From the NCBI GenBank assembly GCA_002269645.1, contig NIVC01002250.1:84133-148132 (forward strand): a stretch of 64,000 nucleotides of DNA, given 5' to 3'. The notes beneath the pieces were generated by a model. The model searched no databases. It was not told where the DNA came from and saw nothing but the letters and a program-made list of their open reading frames with translations. Positions 40,257-55,520 of the stretch are shown here, piece after piece. The first letter of the stretch is position 1, and each line of letters starts with the position of its first letter. A program made the translations under genes and the position numbers. This DNA is from Macrostomum lignano (lineage: Eukaryota).

Positions 40257-40577
40257 CTGCCGCTCAGCGGGGCGGGCCTGAACCCGGTGCGCTGCCTCGG
40301 TCCCGCCCTCCTGACCGGCAGCTGGCGGCACCACTGGCTGTACTGGGCCGGGCCGCTGCTCGGCGGCCTGGCTGGCGGCCTCACCTGCGAGTACGCGCAG
40401 GATTCGCGCAGCGAGCTGCACTACCTGCGGCGATCCCTGCTGCTGCGCGGCATTGGACGCGGCGGCGGCTTGCGGGCCGGTGGTAACGGCGGCGGGGGCG
40501 GCGGCGGAGGCAGCGGGGGAGTCACGGAGTTCACGTTCACACCGTCGACTACGTTTGAAAATATTCGCTCTGGCTGA
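40257..40577 (+). CDS. Aquaporin (MIP family) terminal exon; upstream exons not found
   Basis: Acceptor CATTTCCACAG| is followed by LPLSGAGLNPVRCLGPALLTGSWRHHWLYWAGPLLGG, the second NPA loop plus TM6 signature, and a stop at 40577. It may be a gene fragment. Confidence 0.75.
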   Translation: MPLSGAGLNPVRCLGPALLTGSWRHHWLYWAGPLLGGLAGGLTCEYAQDSRSELHYLRRSLLLRGIGRGGGLRAGGNGGGGGGGGSGGVTEFTFTPSTTFENIRSG

Positions 40578-40604
40578 GGTCTAGCTGAGACGGAATTGTT
40601 GAAC

Positions 40605-41083
40605 TGGGGTGTCAAACTTGAGGTATCAGATTTGGGGTGTCAAACTTGAGGTGTCAGATTTGGGGTGTCAAACTTGAGGTATCAGATTTGGGGTGTCAAA
40701 CTTGAGGTATCAGATTTGGGGTGTCAAACTTGAGGTGTCAGATTTGGGGTGTCAAACTTGAGGTATCAGATTTGGGGTGTCAAACTTGAGGTGTCAGATT
40801 TGGGGTGTCAAACTTGAGGTATCAGATTTGGGGTATCAAACTTAAGGTGTCAGATTTGGGGTGTCAAACTTTAGGTATCAGATTTGGGGTGTCAAACTTG
40901 AGGTGTCAGATTGGGGTGTCAAACTTGAGGTGTCAGATTGGGGTGTCAAACTTGAGGTATCAGATTTGGGTATCAAACTTAAGGTGTCAGATTTGGGGTG
41001 TCAAACTTGAGCTGGTGTCAGACTGGGTGTGTCAAACCTGAGGTGTCAGACTGGGTGTGTCAAACCTGAGGAGTCAGACTGGG
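40605..41083. repeat. 28-nt minisatellite (GTCAAACTTGAGGTATCAGATTTGGGGT)
   Basis: Visible array starting about 30 nt after the aquaporin stop. Confidence 0.95.
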
Positions 41084-41664
41084 ATAGGTTTTCTAGTCAG
41101 GTGATATCAGACAGACTTGCAGGTCTTATGCTTAGCTGATCAAATATCAATGTTGTTTCACGTAAAAAATGTTTGATTTTGACAAATAAATTTTTCTCGG
41201 ACATTCGAGCACACTCAGTGAGTGGTTGCTCAGAAGCAGTGCGAGTTATATTCTACAGTATCTGCTAGTTTGCTTGGCAGTAGAGCATTATAAAAAACCA
41301 TTATTTACCAATGCCCACCGCCATTTTATTGCTAATCCACCGAATAAATTTATTTATTAATGGCAGGAAAAACCAGCTAATGTTTCTAATTCGGCTTGAG
41401 CCAACTTTGCTGCTATGCAATATTTCATAAATATGGTTTTGCCTCCATTAGTCGGAAAAGTCGGAAATGTCCCGTTAGACTTGCATGATTTATTGCAGTT
41501 TTAAGAGCATCTCTGACACTATGAACCCTTGGACTAAAATGGAACTTAAAACGAGAAGAAATGTAAATATTATAATTTCGCTGTGTCTCAATAAAAGTAC
41601 ACAATAGTACTATAACATCAATAAGGTTTATTCTAGCCCAGCTAGTTAGTTAGTGTGGGGCTAA

Positions 41665-41844
41665 TGACAAGTTCAGTGTGACAAGTTCAGTGTGACAAGT
41701 TCAGTGTGACAAGTTCAGTGTGACAGGTTCAGTGTGACAGGTTCAGTGTGACAAGTTCAGTGTGACAAGTTCAGTGTGACAAGTTCAGTGTGACAAGTTC
41801 AGTGTGACAAGTTCAGTGTGACAGGCTCAGTGTGACAAGTTCAG
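41665..41844. repeat. 14-nt minisatellite (GTGACAAGTTCAGT)
   Basis: Visible array of about 13 copies. Confidence 0.95.
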
Positions 41845-42400
41845 CCGGATATTCTCTCTGGAGAATCAATTTCGAGAAATTTGATATTTTCTTCGTTTCC
41901 ATCTCACTGCCAGTGCAGGATAGAATTCCTGCGAACCCCCTTGCTACAGTGTGCTCAATATAAGGTTCTCAAGTATGCCATTCATTCTCAGCTCACTACT
42001 TCAGCTCACCCTGCCTCCTCCTGACTCCTCCTGCAGAAGCAGAAGCAAGGCAGGACCCGTTAACCAGTATTACAGATCGATCCTGTGGCAGAATCTGATT
42101 TTATCTCTCCCCCACACCCAGTCTCCCCGCCTCCCCCATCGCTGTCCCAACCCTTATCTCACTGATGGATGGGGATTTCCGTGATTAAATTATCATCTAC
42201 TCGGGATTGTGCCACCTTCAGCGACTCTCCAATCTTGCCTGTCGCTCTCCTCCTATCTTCTTCTAATTTCTGCTTCTAGTGCCTCTGCTGCAGCGTCTGC
42301 TGCAACTATGGCTCATAAATCTTGCAACATGGCATACATGTAAGGCTATACATTTATATTTTTTACTAATATAAATGGGAGCACGATGAGTTTACTGTAG

Positions 42401-43410
42401 GAACTTATCCCACCGAGCTTATCCCACCGAGCTTATCCCACCGAGCTTATCCCACCGAGCTTATCCCACCGAGCTTATCCCACCGAGCTTATCCCACCGA
42501 GCTTATCCCACCGAGCTTATCCCACCGAGCTTATCCCACCGAGCTTATCCCACCGAGCTTATCCCACCGAGCTTATCCCACCGAGCTTATCCCACCGAGC
42601 TTATCCCACCGAGCTTATCCCACCGAGCTTATCCCACCGAGCTTATCCCACCGAGCTTATCCCACCGAGCTTATCCCACCGAGCTTATCCCACCGAGCTT
42701 ATCCCACCGAGCTTATCCCACCGAGCTTATCCCACCGAGCTTATCCCACCGAGCTTATCCCACCGAGCTTATCCCACCGAGCTTATCCCACCGAGCTTAT
42801 CCCACCGAGCTTATCCCACCGAGCTTATCCCACCGAGCTTATCCCACCGAGCTTATCCCACCGAGCTTATCCCACCGAGCTTATCCCACCGAGCTTATCC
42901 CACCGAGCTTATCCCACCGAGCTTATCCCACCGAGCTTATCCCACCGAGCTTATCCCACCGAGCTTATCCCACCGAGCTTATCCCACCGAGCTTATCCCA
43001 CCGAGCTTATCCCACCGAGCTTATCCCACCGAGCTTATCCCACCGAGCTTATCCCACCGAGCTTATCCCACCGAGCTTATCCCACCGAGCTTATCCCACC
43101 GAGCTTATCCCACCGAGCTTATCCCACCGAGCTTATCCCACCGAGCTTATCCCACCGAGCTTATCCCACCGAGCTTATCCCACCGAGCTTATCCCACCGA
43201 GCTTATTCCACCGAGCTTATCCCACCGAGCTTATCCCACCGAGCTTATCCCACCGAGCTTATCCCACCGAGCTTATCCCACCGAGCTTATCCCACCGAGC
43301 TTATCCCACCGAGCTTATCCCACCGAGCTTATCCCACCGAGCTTATCCCACCGAGCTTATCCCACCGAGCTTATCCTATCGAGCTTATTCCACCGATCTT
43401 CTTCCACCGA
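42401..43410. repeat. Highly homogeneous 14-nt minisatellite (GAGCTTATCCCACC), about 70 copies
   Basis: Visible array, nearly invariant except at its ends. Confidence 0.98.
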
Positions 43411-44167
43411 AATGTTTTGTCCCATTGAATCATATCTTTTGTGTTTTCCTTGCATAACTGCATGTATTTGAGGTCGGATTTTACGAGTAAAACAATATGT
43501 TTTTACAGTATATTTTGATATCATTTTCTTAAGTTACTACTATTTTGACGCCAGTTTCAGGATAGTCAGTAGTACAGCCAGGTCGCGATTACTAAAACGT
43601 CAGGATTGACGAAATCCGAACTTTACTGATTTTTTTCCGCTATAGAGCCCAGATATGCAGGTAAAAAACCATTGTAGAGAAGGACCTTCAACAGTCAGGA
43701 AGTTGAGACCTCGCCCGCCTCCATTTGCCTTTACTTATTCCTAGCATTACTCTGTCTGACACCCGCTAAAAGCCCCGTATCGCGTTTCTGTTTCTACTCA
43801 TTTCCTGTCAGCCATACAGCTGATGCAGGCACTCAACACTTCCCCATCAGCTACGAGTATTTAGTGCTGCATTCCATTTGTGACACAGTTCGCTTTTCAA
43901 TAGTTATCGATGTGGGCTCGGATTTATGGTGCAAACTGGAGCTGGGATTTTCTCAAAGGCTTAGACTTAAGCTGGATTAAGTGACAGGGGGTATTGGCTT
44001 TGATGGATTAGCAACTGATACGCCGGTATCTCGAGGGCTCAAGGTGTAAAACTTCTGAGGAGCTTGCAGCGCGCTTGGAACTTCAAAGATGTAATAAATT
44101 CGAGTTCAAGAGAACTTTAATGCCTCTCCTTTCCTGTCGTTTTTATTAGCTATGATTAGTCAATGGG

Positions 44168-44478
<311 letters not shown>

Positions 44479-45149
44479 TTTATTTTTTTCCCTCCTTCCA
44501 CCTCTCTTTTTTCTTCTTTCGGTCCATTGATCAGACCTTTTTCGCAAATTTTCAAGTTCTACGAGTGCTGGAATTCTTCTCCCTGCAGTTTCAGCAGCCG
44601 TGTTCATCGTCAGAGAGGAGCAAAGCAGACTTTTTCGTAGCTGGTCCCATAAGGCTGTCTGTTCATGCTCGGGGAAGCAGGTCGATTGGACGAATAGTGA
44701 GTAAGACAGAGACAGCCTGGATGAGGCGAGGGCAGCGAGAAAAGCAGCAGAGAATGGCTGGAGAGCCATACCCTTTTCTATACTAGCAGACTTCTTCAGC
44801 TCAAGTAGAGGCCATCACGCATGAGAGCCTCCTAGATTATTGTAGGGTTCTGGGAGCGGCTCGGCGTAAAATCGGGCTTGCGAGTTTTAGACTAATGCGA
44901 GCCCAATTCCAGCTGATAGTGGGCAACTTGAAACTATAAAAGCTATGTCAATAGGAGTCACCGAGTTCGAGCAAAGTATTTGTTTGGTCCAATTAGTTGC
45001 ACGCATTAGCAACGAATGAGTCAATTTTGATCTGAGTGGAGCAGTACCGGAACGGTGAAACTACGAAGCGCTATCCGGGAAGGATCACAGAGTGCAAGCA
45101 AAGTTCAAGAGGACTTGAAATCTTACGCTATTGTCTCGAGTGAGGTTCT

Positions 45150-46555
45150 GCGAAAGGAGAGGGAAGGAGACAATGAGGGGGAAGGAGACACAATGATGGG
45201 GGAAGGAGACACAATGAGGGGGAAAGAGACACAATGAGGGGAAGGAGACACAATGATGGGGGAAGGAGACACAATGAGGGGGAAGGAGACACAATGAGGG
45301 GGAAGGAGACACAATGAGGGGGAAGGAGACACAATGAGGGGGAAGGAGACAATGAAGGGGAAGGAGACACAATGAGGGGGGAAGGAGACAATGAAGGGGA
45401 AGGAGACACAATGAGGGGGGAAGAGACACAATGATGGGGGAAGGAGACACAATGAGGGGGAAGGAGACACAATGAGGGGGAAGGAGACACAATGAGGGGG
45501 AAGGAGACACAATGAGGGGGAAGGAGACAATGAAGGGGAAGGAGACACAATGAGGGGGGAAGGAGACAATGAAGGGGAAGGAGACACAATGAGGGGGGAA
45601 GAGACACAATGAGGGGGGAAGGAGACAATGAAGGGGAAGGAGACACAATGAGGGGGGAAGAGACACAATGAGGGGGAAGGAGACACAATGAGGGGGAAGA
45701 GACACAATGAGGTGAAGAGACACAATGAGGTGAAAGAGACACAATGAGGGGGAAGAGACGCAATGAGGTGAAAGAGATACAAAGAGATGAAAGAGACACA
45801 ATGAGGTGAAGAGACACAATGAGAGGGGAAGAGACACAATGAGGTGAAGAGACACAATGAGGGGGAAGAGACACAATGAGGGGGAAGAGACACAATGAGG
45901 GGGAAGAGACGCAATGAGGTGAAAGAGATACAATGAGGGGGGAAGAGACACAATGAGGTGAAGAGACACAATGAGAGGGGAAGAGACACAATGAGGTGAA
46001 GAGACACAATGAGGGGGAAGAGACACAATGAGGGGGAAGAGACACAATGAGGGGGAAGAGACACAATGAGGGGGGAAGAGACACAATGAGGTGAAGATAC
46101 ACAATGAGGGGGAAGAGACACAATGAGGGGGAAGAGACACAATGAGGGGGGAAGAGACACAATGAGGTGAAGAGACACAATGAGGGGGAAGAGACACAAT
46201 GAGGGGGAAGAGACACAATGAGGGGGAAGAGACACAATGAGGGGGGAAGAGACACAATGAGGTGAAGAGACACAATGAGGGGAAGAGACACAATGAGGGG
46301 GGAAGAGACACAATGAGGGGGAAGAGACACAATGAGGGGGAAACGACACAATGAGGGGGGAAGAGACACAATGTGGTGAAGAGACACAATGAGGGGGAAG
46401 AGACACAATGAGGGGGGAAGAGACACAATGTGGTGAAGAGACACAATGAGGGGGGAAGAGACACAATGAGGGGAAGAGACACAATGTGGTGAAGAGACAC
46501 AATGAAGGGGTAATAGACACAATGAGGGGAAGAGACACAATGAGGGGAAGAGACA
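45150..46555. repeat. Purine-rich minisatellite of about 19-22 nt (GAGACACAATGAGGGGGAA variants)
   Basis: Visible array; it produces three spurious ORFs of about 470-490 aa on the minus strand. Confidence 0.97.
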
Positions 46556-47044
46556 CGTACGGATTACTCATACAAAAGTTCATGATTCCTCGTTCGCTAC
46601 TCAAACCTCTTGCCGTCAGCTCAATTCTTCACGGTCTATCTTCGCAGAGTTGTTCCTTTCTCCATCAGTGCCAGTCAGTGAGTCCTCAATGTCCATCTTG
46701 GCTCAATTTGGCTTTAAAAAACTGGGACATTCCAGTCGAGAGGGTCATTAGGCCTTACTGAGCTAGCTCATACAGAGAGACGAAAGCTTTGGCTTTGGCC
46801 TGGATCAAATTGCATCCTGCCTCCTCGTGTCTGAGGAACGGGTGCTTGCTTAGTGAAATTAATATCTGGCCAAATGCTCTGCAGCTATCCGGCTGCTGTG
46901 CAAAGCCGTCCCAGTTGTGTAAAAAATTCTGCAATTGTGGCTGGCAGACTGAATGCCCCGATATTCTCATTGGAGACGAGGGGTTGTGTCTGAGGTGTGT
47001 CCCGAACATCATCGGAATGTCTGTGGAACAATTGAAGCATCGGT

Positions 47045-47595
47045 TATGAGGAGCACACTGTTGGGATGTCATTGGTGCTGAGGAGCACACTGTTGGGATG
47101 TCATTGGTGCTGAGGAGCACACTGTTGGGATGTCATTGGTGCTGAGGAGCACACTGTTGGGGTGTCATTGGTGCCGAGGAGCACACTGGTGTGTCATCGG
47201 TGCTGAGGAGCACACTGGGGGATGTCATTGGTGCTGAGGAGCACACTGGTGTGTCATTGGTGCTGAGGAGCACACTGTTGTCATTGGTGCTGAGGAGCAC
47301 ACTGGTGTGTCATTGGTGCTGAGGAGCACACTGTTGTCATTGGTGCTGAGGAGCACACTGGTGTGTCATTGGTGCTGAGGAGCACACTGGTGTGTCATTA
47401 GTGCTGAGGAGCACACTGTTGGGGTGTCATTGGTGCTGAGGAGCACACTGTTGTCATTGGTGCTGAGGAGCACACTGGTGTGTCATTGGTGCTGAGGAGC
47501 ACAATGTTGGGATGTCATTGGTGCTGAGGAGCACAATGTTGGGATGTCATTGGTGCTGAGGAGCACACTTTTGGGGTGTCATTGGTGCTGAGGGG
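47045..47595. repeat. Minisatellite with 27-33-nt units (GTCATTGGTGCTGAGGAGCACACTG core)
   Basis: Visible array with a variable spacer. Confidence 0.95.
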
Positions 47596-48430
47596 TGGAC
47601 CAATATTAAAAAGGCTATTAATTATGTAAACAAGCTGATGGGCTTTGAGCAGAGTGTTGAGTTCATCAGCGATGCCTTTTGAGAACTTGGGAATGGCGGC
47701 ACCAGCAGCTGCTTGTGAGTGACTGCTGCAGCTGATTTTGACGCAACTATAAATTATTTCAGGCCCCGACTACAACTATGCGTCCCTGCTTCCGTTGCTT
47801 TGAATAATATACGAGCGTATGCAGTCATGTAGAAGGAAATGCTCTCCATGCCCACTGTTATGCTAATTCTTGCTGCTTTCAAAGTGATTGCATTCGCTAA
47901 TTAGCAGCTACTACGCAATAATTAATTTTGCAGTCCCCTAGAAATTGATAAATGTGAAGCAGCTGCTCGCATGCGAACAAGAGCGCACTGCAAGGTGAAG
48001 CGACGGGGACTGGCTGTGGGACCGCAGTGCTGCCGAAGGCGTTGCGCCAGGGTGCCCGCAGCCCTGATCTTGATCCTGCGATTATTATTATCAGTATTTT
48101 TTCCTAAGGTGAAGCCTTGAGTCAATTTGGTGGGACACAGCCGGAGTACGTACAGGGTAGAGAGGGAGGAGTAAGGAGAGTAAAGTTAAACGTGACTCAG
48201 GCGCGGAAACAAACAGCCACTGGGCATCCGACTGTTTTGCCGCTTCGGGGCACCTGACTCACCAATGCTACCATATATGCCAAGAGATGCCGCCATCAAG
48301 CGGCTTCTTTATTGGGGCTCGGCTCGGAAATTCGATTTGGTTTCAGCGACCGCAGAGATGTTCTTACTGGAATGCGAGATGCTTGCAGAGCTCCGGATTG
48401 CAGAGTCCAGCGCTCAGCCTGCCGACGTGG

Positions 48431-49912
<1,482 letters not shown>

Positions 49913-51234
49913 ACTAGGAGCAGCAAGCCAGCAAGAGCTGCAGACAAAGCACCCAAATTGGCGGCAAGTCCGAGCCAGCCAAAGCTCACCCGCAAAGCTC
50001 AGAGCAGTTGGCCCGAGCTTCCCCAGCCTGAGCAGCTGGCTCAGCAGCTAATGAACGGGGCCAACTCTGCTAATTGAGTTTTCGCCTTCCCGCCGGAGCA
50101 GCCAGTCTCAACAGGAGGTGCAGCTTGTAGTTTGCTCGCAGCAGCTGCGGCAGTGGCAGCTCAGACACCGAGACTCTCACAGGAGAGTTCGCCCAAGAGC
50201 TCCGCTTAGACTATTGAATATTAGACAACCGGCAACGCCCATAATAGGTCGGCAACAGCTACGTGAATAAAACAATCATTAACTGTCATTGCTAGCTTGT
50301 CTAGGTTTTCCTGTTGCTGCATGCTCTGCGCGGCCTGCCTACGGATGGCGCACCTTGGTTACTATGGTAACAACAGCAACAAGAGATGCGCTATGCGTAA
50401 AGCCCTATGTGGCGGTTGAAAATTCTCATGGCTAAAATGTTTTCAAGTACCATGGTTGCCTACAAAAACTCACGACTAACTAAAAAATGCACAGAGCAGA
50501 GAGCATTGAGGACAGACGTAAACTCAGTTTGGCCTTCAGTGCAGCCCGTGAGCATTCAGAAGCGATAAGCTGCGGAATTCAATCAGATAATTGCTGCAAG
50601 AATGAAGACATAACTATTGACACCTCGTATATTCATTGCAGAAGCAATGGTTAACTCAACAATCGAATAACTTTTCGTCAACAAGGGCTCAAGGACTACT
50701 CAAGTAGATGGACGGGAAACTACGCTGAATTCATTTAAGATGCTTTCAGAGAATTGTAAATTTTCATTAAGTATTCGATGTTTTTAATCAAGTCTTAATG
50801 GGCTAATGCAACAAAGCATATTTTTTTCCATTATTGGAAGACTTACCTTAGGATGTTTACGAGTACTCAGTCTAAATCTCACTTAGCAAGTAATGAAAAA
50901 TTGATAAACGCTTCTATTAACAGTTTCCACGCCTCTTTATTTTCATTTGATTCCAACAAAAACCGTGACGTGCTGGAAAGTAGAAACGTAAATTCAAATG
51001 CTTTTTTTGAAGTCCTTCCATAAATTACAGGCTATATTCTCTTTGCCAGCTTTATTCGCTTGAACACACGCGAAAAAAAGTTCTTGAGATTCCATCAGCG
51101 AATGCAAAATCAGAAATCAGAAATGTAGAAATTTTTTACTAATGCTGATTCGCCATTTTCTCAAAAAAACCTCCCGCTTAACACTGCGGGTAAACTCAGG
51201 CGAACGCTTTTCGTACTCACTCACTATATTTCTC

Positions 51235-51880
51235 TCTCCTTCCACCAACCACCTCACCCCCTGCCCCTTCCACCAACCATCTCACTCTCCCTGCCCCTCC
51301 CACCAAACATCTCATTCCCCCTGCCCCTTCCACCAACCATCTCACTCCCCCTGCCCCTCCCACCAAACATCTCATTCCCCCTGCCCCTTCCACCAACCAT
51401 CTCACTCCCCCTGCCCCTCCCACCAAACATCTCATTCCCCCTGCCCCTTCCACCAACCATCTCACTCCCCCTGCCCCTCCCACCAAACATCTCATTCCCC
51501 CTGCCCCTGCCCCTTCCACCAACCACCTCACCCCCTGCCCCTTTCACCAACAACTTCACTCCCCTGCCCCTTCCAACAACCACCTCACTCCCCCTGCCCC
51601 TTTCACCAATCACCTCACTCCCCCTGCCCCTTTCACCAATCACTTCACTCCCCCTGCCCCTTCCATCAACCACCTCACCCCCCTGCCCCTTCCACCAACC
51701 ACCTCACCCCCTGCCCCTCCCACCAACCACCTCACTTCCCTTCCCTCTGCCACTTCCACCAACCACCTCACCCCCTGCCCCTTTCACCAACCACTTCACT
51801 CCCCCTGCCCCTCCCACCAACCACCTCACTCCCCCTGCCCCTTCCACCAACCACCTCACTCCTCCCTGCCCTTTCCTCCA
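51235..51880. repeat. C-rich minisatellite of about 30 nt (CCCCTGCCCCTTCCACCAACCATCTCACTC), alternating as a 60-nt dimer in its first half
   Basis: Visible array. Confidence 0.93.
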
Positions 51881-54038
51881 AATACCTCACTATCTGTCCC
51901 TGTCTTTTTCATGAATTTACAAGTTAAAAAATTCAATTGCCGATGTGACACATTTTGAGGCGGTGTTTACTAACATCTCGTACTCATTGAATAACAGGAT
52001 CGGCGTAGAACAGCAAAACCTGATAGATGGATCATAGGCAAAGAGTCGGTGCCGTCACAAAGGCGTGTCAGAACCTGTTCTGCGATGGAATATTTTTCTA
52101 GTGCTCACAAACTCACTTGAAGAGAGTCAAGAGACTGGCTGATGCCCTATCAAAAATCATTCACTCTTTATTGCAAACGTTTTTAGTAGAGTGGGCAATT
52201 TTTTATATACACTCTATTCTTATACAATCGGGGGCGCAGGGGACTCCGGACCGCGCAGACAGACGGACTTAGCGGTGGGGGAGGGGATGCGAAAAGAATC
52301 GCTCGCTGGGGCAGCGGGAGTGAAAGAGCCCAACTTGCTGAATAGGACGCGGAGTCGGAGGCTTTTTCTTCTTGTGGTGGTGGCTTTTTTAAATTTTAGA
52401 CTGGCGGTGGTAGAGAGCGGGATGTACAGTGGGAGCAGGGATAGCGGGGAGACCAGATTAGCTGATGAAAGAGTCAGGCAGACTGTTTGTGAGTGAAAAA
52501 ACAGCGTAAACAGGTGTGGAATAACAAATACAAGGAGCTAGCGGGATGCTGGGTGAGACTAGTAAATCAGGTATCGCATTGTCAAGCCGCAGCCTGCGTT
52601 TACTTGCAGGGATTTGGTTGGGATTATAAATCTTAAGATAAGGCAAAGTAGAGCGAGGCGATGCAGCATTTTAATGAAGCTAGATTTCACATTCGGCCCA
52701 TCATCAAGAGTGATGAAGAGAGCGCCGACAGCTATGGGAAGGAAGCTGGAAATAGCTGTGTGGTGTGTGCGTGTTTATCTGTACAGGAATTGGCGGCGTG
52801 CACACAATGGCTTATTTACTTCCTTCATCAGTTTACCTCTTCCTCTCTTTTCCACTCTCGCGCACACGCTCGCCACAGAATCAGCGTAAGGGTGGTTAGG
52901 TCAGCGCTCGTTTGCAGCCCAGGACGCAGACAGGCCTTTAGCATTCGCACAAGCTGATTTTGTCCTGTCAGTAGTAGACTAGGTGCAGCGACAACAAACT
53001 TGCTTGTAGTAAAAGTGCAAGAGCACTCTTGAGTACGCGCGCTTGCTGGTTTGTATTTATTGTTTGTTTATAGCTAAAAGCTTGAGCTGTAGCGGGACAT
53101 TGTTTTTTCTTGTAATGAAATAAGATTTCTTAGATAGATTGATTTGCGGTCCAACTTCTGTCAAATCAATCTCATCATATTCATTCCAATCAGAGTGCCG
53201 CAGTGCTGCGAGCAGACTCGCATAGTGCTGCTAAATTCAATTTCTCCTCACGAACACCCGGCAGCGCTTGTGCGCCTAAAATTGGAGCGAAAGAATTCTT
53301 TGGAGTCTCCGCTGAGAAGGTTTGTTCTGGGAAGACTTCGGGATGGTGAGTTGGCTTTGGCTAGAGGGAAATGGAACGGGACGGAGCAGGGGAAAGCATG
53401 TCTAGGTACGGACATTGGGATGCCCCGAGGCACTTTGACTAGAGAAGGAGATCAGGAGTGGAAATCTGTAGATGAGAGTTGAACAGGAGCGACTCAAAGA
53501 GGGTGTTTGCCCGGCTCTCATCAGTGTAGTGCTGTTGCACTGAAAGCAGAAATCGGTTCGATGACTCTATGAAGACATCAACTTCAAGGTGCACGCATGT
53601 TCCATCTGGAAAAATCATCGCAAAAAATGTGAAATTAGTAAAACTATATTCTATATGAGTCCAGACTGGGCCGCCCCAGAGTCAGTATAAAACTTACTCT
53701 CTCGGGTTGGGCAGAACTCACTAAGGGAAAGCGAATCGGTGAAAGGGGGGACACAGAAATGGGATGAGGAGGCGCGACTGGCTTCCACCATTGGCCGAAT
53801 GAGGGGGCATCGCAGCTCTTTGGAGTGTGCAGACGCTTCCTTCAAAACAACAAAATAGGCACCCCACGCTCGTAATAAAGAATCTATTGGAACGGGTGAG
53901 AGACGAGAGACGAGAGAGGCATATCAGCACTGATAGGCAAAAGCGGACGACGATCTAAAAAGCAGCAGCGCTCCTAGCTCAGACTCAATATCGATAATTT
54001 AACTCAGCGCTAATAGCAGCAGCTGGAACTAGTCAGCC

Positions 54039-55520
54039 ATGGAGAGCTCCATGTCTGTGTGGCTGCTAGTTCAACTCTTCATCAACGTGGCATCCAGCTG
54101 TTCAAATCTATGCGCTGCCCACCTGTTCCTGCGGCTGTTCCGAGCGAACCGTGCCGCCTCGCTGCTCGGGCTGCTTCTTCTGTCAACCAGCGAGTTCGTG
54201 TTCGACCTCAGCCATCTGCTGTTCACGGTCAGCAACTTGCTCGGCAGGGCCTGTGAGGACGAATCTAGCCCGGTTGGGAACTCAACCACCGCCGCTCCGG
54301 AGCTGGCGAGTGGCGTCCGTCTCTGGCTGTGCATCGGCGCCTTCGCTCCCTCCAACGCGTGCCTCTTCATCCGCAACTGGTGGATCACGCTGTTTACCAT
54401 TGTGCGCTGCTTTGTAATTGTGTGGCCGTTCACCGCTCGGACAGTGTTCACTAAGAAACTCTACGCTCGGTGCTACGCCGCATGCGTCCTACTTGGCATC
54501 GTGTTCACCGCTCTGCGCGTCTGGACGGCATTCTCTTCGAATTCTCACCTGCTCCGTTTCGTTATGATTATCCAGGCACCGGTGCCCAGCCTGCTGGTGT
54601 TCGGCGCCAGCGTGCTCATGGTGGCCGACCTGGTGAAGATCCAGTGGTCCGCTTCGCGACGCCGTCGACTTCGTCGGCAGCAGCTGGTGGCCGCGGCTTC
54701 GCCATTGCTGGCACCGCACACGCCTCCGGAGCAGCACGAACTGAACCCGTCAAGGTGAGACACATTAATGGGTCTAGCTCAACCTATCCATTTTGCTAGT
54801 GGCAGGGCATTATAAGTGCTATCATGCCCACGCGTTCTACAGACTGTTTTCCACCGTAAATATTATAGAGACTTCGAGAAATACTTTGTGTTTCATGTCT
54901 TTCCCCTCCTTTTCGGCTTTTTAAGACAGGAAATGGTTCAACGGCAGCAGCAGCAGCAGCACCAACAACAACAACAACAAAATCAACAACAACAACAACA
55001 ACAACACCAGCAGCAGCAGCAGCAACAGCAGCGCCAGCAGCTAATGATTTGCCCGATGGAGCGGCCCCGAAGTCACTCGGTGATCTGGGAGGCGGCCCTC
55101 ATAGACGATTCCAGACTGCGCAGCAACAGCCGCTGCTCGGAGCTCGGCACGCCGACTAAGAGAAAGAAGAAGCGAGACAGAAGTGCAGCCACAGCTACGG
55201 CGAGCGCGGACGGAGTTGACCAAGCGGCCAGCCGGGTCCTTCGCGCCACCATCACCATCGCCTCCGTGGCTGTGCTCTTTGTAGTACTGGAGACGCCGTG
55301 CAGTATTTTTGTATTCCTGGGCTTGGAAACGTCGCTAACTGAGCACATCAGCAATACGCTGATTGGCGTGGACTCGCTTCTGAACTTCGCCGTGTTTATG
55401 TGCACCAGCTGCACTTTCCGGGCCGAGTTCCTGGCGCTGTTTGGCTCGGGTCGATCGCGCCAAAACAGGCACACAAACAGCCAAAGAAATCGGGCAAGCG
55501 GATGCGCGACAGCCTACTAA
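54039..55520 (+). CDS. Rhodopsin-class (family A) orphan/peptide-receptor-like GPCR, 2 exons (54039-54754, 54926-55520), about 436 aa
   Basis: Seven hydrophobic segments; the TM3 end FTIVRCFVIVWPF (DRY-equivalent), TM6 LFVVLETP and TM7 DSLLNFAVF. A phase-2 intron AAG|GTGAGA...TTTTAAG|ACAG falls in intracellular loop 3; the exact acceptor is inferred from frame. Confidence 0.82.

Noticed and set aside
45085-46604. Three overlapping ORFs of 470-493 aa
   Set aside because: All three frames are open only because the reverse complement of the purine-rich array has no stops; the protein sequence is low-complexity.
46560-47049. Cys-rich coding-like stretch (CCAKPSQLCKKFCNC) that might be a transposon remnant
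   Set aside because: It is broken by a stop and has no start, splice context or family motif I can name.
47635-47700. MGFEQSVEFISDAF, reminiscent of LINE ORF1 coiled-coil segments
   Set aside because: It is 14 codons long and then stops; too little to support a call.
52190-53950. GC-richer segments upstream of the GPCR with hints of THAP-like (LDNAIPDL) or DDE-like (WKSVDES) words
   Set aside because: These are isolated short words without the surrounding conserved residues and are compatible with chance.
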